A DNA stretch of 64,000 nt, taken from contig CACGVI010000001.1 of NCBI GenBank assembly GCA_902576605.1, forward strand, positions 111,522 to 175,521, in the 5' to 3' direction. A program made the position numbers and the translations under genes. The notes under the pieces are model-generated. The model was given only the letters and a program-made list of their open reading frames with translations. It was not told where the DNA came from and ran no database searches. This DNA comes from an uncultured Candidatus Actinomarina sp. (GTDB lineage: Bacteria > Actinomycetota > Acidimicrobiia > Actinomarinales > Actinomarinaceae). This document shows positions 58,772-64,000 of the stretch, piece by piece. Position 1 is the stretch's first letter, and the number at the start of each line of letters is the position of its first letter.

Positions 58772-59890
58772 ATGAATAAAAAAAGTACAGTTATTTTAAT
58801 TGCTTTCATGATGGTTTTAACCGCTTGTTCACCTACAGCAGGAGAGCAAGGACCAGCAGGAGAGCAAGGACCAGCAGGAGAGCAGGGACCAGCTGGAACA
58901 GTATCACAGGAAGCTATTGATGCAGCAGTAGAAGCTGCACTAGCGGAGAGGGAAGCTGAAGTCGGTGGAACTCTTGTCATTTATAGTGGTAGAAAAGAAA
59001 GTCTTGTTGCAGATATTATTGCAGAATTTGCTGCAACTTCAGGAATTGAAGTTGAAGTAAGATATGCAAAGAGTGCTGCGCTTGCAGGAACACTTGAACT
59101 TGAAGGTGCAATCAGTCCCGCTGATGTATTCTTCTCACAAGATCCAGTTAGCCTTGGGGTTGTCGCAAAAGCAGGACTTTTCGACAGACTTCCTGCTGAT
59201 GTTCTAGGAAATGTACCATCTTGGGCAGTAGACAGCAACGGTTATTGGGTAGGTACTTCCGGAAGGTCACGATCTCTTGTAGTAGACACACGAGATGTTA
59301 TGGATTCTGAACTACCAGGTGATATATATGGGTTAGCAGATGAAAAATTTCGTAACAGGTTAGGACTTGCTCCAACCAACTCATCATTTATAGCAATGGT
59401 TGCTTGTATGATCGAGTCAGATGGTGAAGAAAAAGTCTTAGAATGGCTAACAGCAATTAATGGCCTTGGATATGGTGAATATCCAAAAAACTCACCTCAA
59501 GTAGCAGCTGCTGCAGCAGGTGAGCTTGATATTGGAATGATCAATCATTACTACACACTAAGAGTGTTAGCAGAAGATGCTGGTGCTCCTATCAAAAATG
59601 TTTACTTAGACGGTGGATGTGGTGCAATGGTTATGCCTGCAGGAGTTGGTATTTTGTCCTCAAGCCAAAATAAACCAGCAGCAATGGCATTCATTGAATT
59701 CTTACACTCACAGGGTGCTCAAGAAACATTTACAAATACAGTATACGAGTTCCCTCTTGTTGCAGGTATTCAGCCGAATGCTTTGCTACCAGATATTAAC
59801 AGTTTGAATTCACCTTCAAATCTAAACTGGTCAGCTTTAGCGCTATGGCAAGAAAAAGCAGTGGAGTTGATTGCTCAGGCAGGATTTTAG
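58772..59890 (+). CDS. fbpA: Fe(III) ABC transporter substrate-binding lipoprotein (FbpA/AfuA family)
   Basis: Lipobox LTAC. SPADVFFSQD and WVGTSGRSRSLVVD closely parallel the FbpA sequence as I recall it (SPADVFYSEQ, WVALSGRSRVVVYD). Confidence 0.88.
   Translation: MNKKSTVILIAFMMVLTACSPTAGEQGPAGEQGPAGEQGPAGTVSQEAIDAAVEAALAEREAEVGGTLVIYSGRKESLVADIIAEFAATSGIEVEVRYAKSAALAGTLELEGAISPADVFFSQDPVSLGVVAKAGLFDRLPADVLGNVPSWAVDSNGYWVGTSGRSRSLVVDTRDVMDSELPGDIYGLADEKFRNRLGLAPTNSSFIAMVACMIESDGEEKVLEWLTAINGLGYGEYPKNSPQVAAAAAGELDIGMINHYYTLRVLAEDAGAPIKNVYLDGGCGAMVMPAGVGILSSSQNKPAAMAFIEFLHSQGAQETFTNTVYEFPLVAGIQPNALLPDINSLNSPSNLNWSALALWQEKAVELIAQAGF
58838..58891 (+). repeat. 3 x 18-nt tandem repeat encoding (AGEQGP)3 linker
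   Basis: gcaggagagcaaggacca appears three times (the third copy has 1 mismatch), immediately after the lipobox Cys. Confidence 0.95.
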
Positions 59891-59916
59891 TCCATCCGTC
59901 AGTATCAACATAAGCC

Positions 59917-59958
59917 AAAAAATTCTGGTCAGAGAAATCTGGCCAGAATTTTTTCTTT
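59917..59958 (+). terminator. rho-independent terminator/attenuator between fbpA and fbpB
   Basis: AAAAAAUUCUGGUCAG-AGAAAU-CUGGCCAGAAUUUUUU (one G-U pair) followed by a U-rich tract. Confidence 0.8.
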
Positions 59959-59991
59959 TATTATTTAAATATTTTATTTAATCTTAATTAA

Positions 59992-61548
59992 GTGAATATA
60001 CCAAAGCCGCTTTTAGTCGGAAACACATTTATCTTATTAATATTTTTGATGCCAATATTTTATATGTTTTGGAGGTTTGCAAATTTTTCAAAAAACCTAA
60101 CCAACTTTCTTTCTTCATGGGATGTAGCAACATTATTATTAAATACGCTTTTTTTATTTTTTGCTGTAATATTTTCCAGCCTTTTTCTAGGTCTACTTAT
60201 TTCAATTCTTACTGTTAGATATGAGTTTCCGGGTTCAAAAATTCTATTTTCCCTCACAATACTCCCTTTAGTTATACCGTCATATATTGGTGCTTTAACT
60301 TATGTCTCTGCATTTTCTCCTAAAGGTTTGTTTGTTGATCTGTTTTCTAAATATGGTATTAGTGAAATAATAGGTATAGAAGGGTTTGTTGGCAGTTGGA
60401 TAGTCTTAACACTTTTCACATATCCCTATGTTCAATTGATTTGTAGCAGTGCTCTAAGAAATTTAGATTCAACTGTAGAAGATGCTGCGAGGTCTTTAGG
60501 AGTTAAGAAAATTAAAATGTATACAAAAGTTGTCATTCCTAGGTTAAAAAAGCCAATAATATATTCTTCTTTACTAGTTGGCCTTTATGTTATATCTGAC
60601 TTTGGAGCAGTTTCTCTGATGAAGTATGGAACAATGACAAAAGCAATTTATTCATATTATGTAATAAATATAAATGGTGATCCAGTAATTTTTTACTCAA
60701 CAATTTTAATTTTATTAGCATTAGTAATAAGCTTTGCTCAACGTGGAAGTGAATTAAGTAGGTCCGCTAAAGTTTCTGGTACTCCTAGAGAAATTACAAA
60801 AATCAAACTTTCCCAAAAAAATAAAGTTCTAGTATTAACATTTTTTGGTATTGTTATTTTCTTTAGTTTGCTTCTTCCAGTTAGCGTCTTGTCCTATTGG
60901 TTAATCAGAGGATTAGCTAATGGAAATTCAGTAAGCGGTACATTTTCTGGTGTGGTAGGTTCATTAACCGCTGCTTCAGTGACTTCACTTTTTGCAATGG
61001 TTATAGCTACTCCTATTGTTGTAATGATTTCACAATATAGAACTAAATTTGGTGATATTTTTGAAAAAGTCACCCTTACCTTATATGGTCTTCCACATAT
61101 AGCCGTTGGTATATCAATGCTATTTATTACAATAAAAATTTTTCCTGCAATTTATCAAACTTTTACAACACTTATAATCTCATACTTAATTGTTTTTTTA
61201 CCACAAGCTGTTGGAGGGGGCCAGGCTTCTATGGAACAAGTAAAGTTATCATATATTGAAGCAAGTGCGGGCCTTGGTTTATCAAAATTAGATACCTTCT
61301 TTAAGGTAACTTTTCCATTAATTTACAGGGGTCTAGTTGCTGGTGCAGCGCTTGTATTTCTTTCAACAATGAAAGAGTTGCCACAAACTCTTCTACTTAG
61401 GCCTACGGGATTCAGCACTATGGCTGTCGATATATGGTCTTATGCATCAGAAGCTTTGTTCACTCAGGCAGCATTTTCTGCATTTATTTTGCTAGCAATT
61501 AGTGCATTGCCAACATATATACTTAGTACAAGGAATTTAAATAACTAA
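59992..61548 (+). CDS. fbpB: Fe(III) ABC transporter permease (double-domain FbpB type)
   Basis: 518 aa with 12 TM helices and two MalFG-type halves (DAARSLG and EASAGLG EAA loops). GTG start. Confidence 0.85.
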   Translation: MNIPKPLLVGNTFILLIFLMPIFYMFWRFANFSKNLTNFLSSWDVATLLLNTLFLFFAVIFSSLFLGLLISILTVRYEFPGSKILFSLTILPLVIPSYIGALTYVSAFSPKGLFVDLFSKYGISEIIGIEGFVGSWIVLTLFTYPYVQLICSSALRNLDSTVEDAARSLGVKKIKMYTKVVIPRLKKPIIYSSLLVGLYVISDFGAVSLMKYGTMTKAIYSYYVININGDPVIFYSTILILLALVISFAQRGSELSRSAKVSGTPREITKIKLSQKNKVLVLTFFGIVIFFSLLLPVSVLSYWLIRGLANGNSVSGTFSGVVGSLTAASVTSLFAMVIATPIVVMISQYRTKFGDIFEKVTLTLYGLPHIAVGISMLFITIKIFPAIYQTFTTLIISYLIVFLPQAVGGGQASMEQVKLSYIEASAGLGLSKLDTFFKVTFPLIYRGLVAGAALVFLSTMKELPQTLLLRPTGFSTMAVDIWSYASEALFTQAAFSAFILLAISALPTYILSTRNLNN

Positions 61549-62570
61549 TGGCATTCGAAAATTTAATTATAAGAGCGAGATCAGTTGTTAAATCATATGG
61601 ATCGGAGAAAGTTTTATCTGATTTTAATTTAGACATTTGGAACGGTTCTATAGTAGGAATTTTAGGAATTTCGGGTTCAGGAAAAACAACTGCATTGAGA
61701 TTACTTGCTGGATTTGATAAACCAGATTCAGGAATTATTGAGATGCGCGATAGAGTAATTTCAAGTCAAGACACTTTCCTGCCACCAGAAGAAAGAAATG
61801 TTGGAATGGTATTTCAAGATTATGCTTTATTCCCACATTTAAATGTTGAAAAAAATATATCATTCGGGCTCTCACGAGATGAAATAAAAATTGGAAGATT
61901 AGAAGAAGTTCTTTCAATGTGTAATTTAGAAACTTATAGAAATAAGTTTCCTCAGGAATTGTCTGGGGGACAGCAACAAAGAGTCTCTCTTGCTAGAGCA
62001 TTAGCTCCAAAACCAGAAGTCGTTCTTTTAGATGAACCTTTTACAAGCTTAGATGCACATATGGCTAGAGATCTAAGGGAAGAGGTAATTTCATTATTAA
62101 GACAAACTGAAACTACTGCATTAATTGTCACCCATGACCAAGAAGAAGCTTTATCAGTTTGTGATGTAGTAAGTGTTTTAGAAAATGGAAGTGTAATCCA
62201 AAGTGCTACTCCACAAGAAATTTATCTGAATCCAGTTAGTCAAACTGTTGCAAATTCAGTTGGAGACCCAAACATACTTAAAGGCTTCTCAATAGATGGA
62301 AGGGTGGAAACATCTTTGGGTACTTTTGTTACGGCATATAATGGTGCATTGGATGTTTCAATTCGACCAGAATGTATTGAGTTACTTCTTGATTCTGAAG
62401 GCAGTTATGTTGTGAAAGAATGTACGTTTTATGGTCATGACCAGGTTGTTTCATTCCAAAATAGCAAAGGTGAAGTATTTAGAGCAAGGTCACTTCCAAA
62501 TACTATTTATGAAGTTGGTGATAAAGTAAATATCAATATATCAGAAGTAACTACTTTTCCTTCAAATTGA
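61548..62570 (+). CDS. fbpC: Fe(III)/polyamine-type ABC transporter ATP-binding protein
   Basis: GISGSGKTT, LSGGQQQRVSLARAL, VLLDEPFTSLD, and a C-terminal TOBE-like domain. Confidence 0.88.
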   Translation: MAFENLIIRARSVVKSYGSEKVLSDFNLDIWNGSIVGILGISGSGKTTALRLLAGFDKPDSGIIEMRDRVISSQDTFLPPEERNVGMVFQDYALFPHLNVEKNISFGLSRDEIKIGRLEEVLSMCNLETYRNKFPQELSGGQQQRVSLARALAPKPEVVLLDEPFTSLDAHMARDLREEVISLLRQTETTALIVTHDQEEALSVCDVVSVLENGSVIQSATPQEIYLNPVSQTVANSVGDPNILKGFSIDGRVETSLGTFVTAYNGALDVSIRPECIELLLDSEGSYVVKECTFYGHDQVVSFQNSKGEVFRARSLPNTIYEVGDKVNINISEVTTFPSN

Positions 62571-62756
62571 TGATTTGATATAAGCAACTCTACCCGCAAG
62601 CGACTGCAATTCTATTTCAATCTCAGATAATTTAGTATTTGCTCTTGATAACTCGTTTTCAGATATATATTCGCGAGAATTTGCTAACGATTTTACTAAT
62701 GTATCTAAATCAAACATCAGTGATTCAATTTCTGAAAAAATTAATTCTTTATCCAC
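62562..62756 (-). CDS. hypothetical 64-aa acidic coiled-coil protein (possibly leaderless)
   Basis: Heptad-like sequence with no low-complexity junk. GTG start lies 6 nt after TAGAAT (62763-62768, minus strand). It is divergent from the heliorhodopsin gene. Confidence 0.4.
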   Translation of the reverse strand: MDKELIFSEIESLMFDLDTLVKSLANSREYISENELSRANTKLSEIEIELQSLAGRVAYIKSSI

Positions 62757-62815
62757 TATTTAATTCTAATTTGAAAACTAGAATTAGCTTAATATTAATT
62801 GAGGGGGAAATAATA

Positions 62816-63619
62816 GTGGAAACTAAAATTCAAAAGCTTAAACGTTTTAACATAATAATGGGAACCGTTCACTTAATTCAAGGCGGACTATTATTTTGGC
62901 TTGGTACTGTTGTTAATTCAGATTTTGTGGTGCCAATTACTTTAACACAACTTGTAGGTGTAGGTTCTCCAGAAGATCCTTCAAGCTTTGCATTGATTCC
63001 TCAACTTGAAATTTGGACAGAGGTTACAAACTTTGGGCCAGCAGTTGCTACATTTTTGCTTGCCTCAGCAGTCGCGCATTACTTGATTTCTGGTCCTTTT
63101 TACGGCAAGTACAAAGACGACTTATCAAAAGGAATTAACAAAGTTAGATGGATTGAATACTCAATAAGTGCATCTGTGATGATTGTATTAATTGCTCTTC
63201 TTGTTGGAATATATGATATTTGGGCTTTAGCAGGGATATTTTTTATGAACGCAGCAATGTGTTGGTTTGGATGGATGATGGAAGTGCATAATCAATATAC
63301 AGATAAAGTTGATTGGACTAGTTACATAATGGGTTGTTTAGTTGGCGTTACTCCTTGGATTTTTATATTTATTAATCTTATAGGAGATGGTGTTGCAACT
63401 GACACTAATCCGCAAGGAGTTCCTCAATTCGTTGTATGGATTTTTGTAAGTATATTTTTATTCTTTAATACTTTTTCAATAAATATGATATTGCAATATA
63501 AGCAAGTAGGTAAATGGAAAGATTATCTGTATGGTGAAAGAGCTTACATTTGGTTAAGCTTGCTTGCAAAAACTTGTCTTGCCTGGCAAGTATTTTTTGG
63601 AACATACCAACCGAATTAA
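62816..63619 (+). CDS. heliorhodopsin
   Basis: Matches the heliorhodopsin 48C12 sequence as I remember it: RWIEYSISASVMIVLIA (counterion Glu), GERAYIWLSLLAKTCLAWQVFFGT (Schiff-base Lys), and the two conserved His (TVHLIQ, AVAHYLI). GTG start 9 nt after GAGGGGG. Confidence 0.9.
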   Translation: METKIQKLKRFNIIMGTVHLIQGGLLFWLGTVVNSDFVVPITLTQLVGVGSPEDPSSFALIPQLEIWTEVTNFGPAVATFLLASAVAHYLISGPFYGKYKDDLSKGINKVRWIEYSISASVMIVLIALLVGIYDIWALAGIFFMNAAMCWFGWMMEVHNQYTDKVDWTSYIMGCLVGVTPWIFIFINLIGDGVATDTNPQGVPQFVVWIFVSIFLFFNTFSINMILQYKQVGKWKDYLYGERAYIWLSLLAKTCLAWQVFFGTYQPN

Positions 63620-63623
63620 ATAC

Positions 63624-63695
63624 TTATTTAATTTTTTTCCCAAAAAATATAAGCAGAATAATTATTAAAAATAAACCAATATAAGAAAGTGCCAT
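63624..63695 (-). CDS. candidate 23-aa TM micro-protein coupled to the DUF4349 gene
   Basis: TAATG stop/start overlap. Encodes MALSYIGLFLIIILLIFFGKKIK. Its stop lies 5 nt from the heliorhodopsin stop. Confidence 0.25.
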   Translation of the reverse strand: MALSYIGLFLIIILLIFFGKKIK

Positions 63696-64000
63696 TAGTC
63701 TTTAGATCTAAATTTTCTAATTCCTAATACTATCAGCAACAATGGAACTGCAATTATTCCAAAAGATACTACAAAACCAATAATTGATTCAATCCAATTT
63801 AATGCTCTTTGTACATAATAATTCCATGAAAATAGTGATACTCCAGAACCCTCTCTAATATCTAACGTCAAAGAAGAGTACGATACTGAATTTTCATAAT
63901 ATTTTTTTTGTCCTTCCAAAACTTGAATGTCTTGATTTATGTAACGAAGTTGAGACTGTACTTGAAGCTTATCTGATGTCGATACAGCTTCTTCTTTAAT
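63695..64000 (-). CDS. DUF4349-like membrane-anchored coiled-coil protein, C-terminal part (5' end beyond window)
   Basis: The frame is open to the window edge (…KEEAVSTSDKLQVQSQLRYINQDIQVLEGQKKYYENSVSYSSLTLDIRE…). It has a C-terminal TM helix and basic tail, as in DUF4349. Confidence 0.6.
   Translation of the reverse strand: MKEEAVSTSDKLQVQSQLRYINQDIQVLEGQKKYYENSVSYSSLTLDIREGSGVSLFSWNYYVQRALNWIESIIGFVVSFGIIAVPLLLIVLGIRKFRSKD

Noticed and set aside
58838-58891. Possible CRISPR or minisatellite
   Set aside because: There are only three contiguous 18-nt units with no spacers, they are in frame within a coding region, and no cas genes are present.
58738-58980. 80-aa minus-strand ORF across the fbpA 5' end
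   Set aside because: It is a mirror image of the (AGEQGP)3 repeat, giving PAGPCS repeats, and is antisense to a well-supported FbpA gene.
62639-62815. ORF-track version of the heliorhodopsin gene starting at ATG 62639 (59 extra N-terminal residues)
   Set aside because: The extension is low-complexity, antisense to a better-looking coiled-coil ORF, and has no counterpart in known heliorhodopsins. The in-frame GTG at 62816 has a GAGGGGG Shine-Dalgarno sequence and gives an N-terminus that aligns with heliorhodopsin 48C12 as I remember it.

Overview
AT-rich (about 30-33 % GC by eye), extremely gene-dense chromosomal segment with many 1-4 nt start/stop overlaps. I found no rRNA, CRISPR array, transposase, integrase or prophage. 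The gene order is the classical actinobacterial backbone, collinear with the M. tuberculosis Rv3625c-Rv3579c and nuo regions: tilS-hpt-ftsH-folE-folP-folB-folK, panC-coaX-lysS, clpC, disA-carD-ispF-cysS-rlmB-tRNA-Thr, then rex plus nuoA-N. By inference the source is a streamlined low-GC planktonic actinobacterium (Actinomarinales-like). Other content: a SAM-riboswitch-controlled methionine/SAM block (metK, metY-metX), a LIV-type amino-acid ABC transporter, a CvpA-CAP fusion operon with a MATE pump, and an ABC-2 exporter. There is also a metal/heme block: a DtxR-family regulator, ferrochelatase and the Fe(III) transporter fbpABC. Directly after that block sits a canonical heliorhodopsin gene, flanked by small unannotated ORFs and a DUF4349 gene. 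The most interesting loci are the heliorhodopsin neighbourhood (62.5-64 kb) and the unusually long 279-nt spacer between the DtxR gene and hemH, which holds two divergent, apparently leaderless hydrophobic micro-ORFs. Also notable are a catalytically degenerate dual-specificity-phosphatase-like gene inside the folate operon, twin SAM riboswitches showing covariation, an orphan promoter-plus-terminator sRNA candidate, a perfect Rex operator at nuoA, and a 44-aa ORF translationally coupled to nuoN. All functional calls rest on motif recognition by eye and remembered family signatures; no database search or folding program was run.
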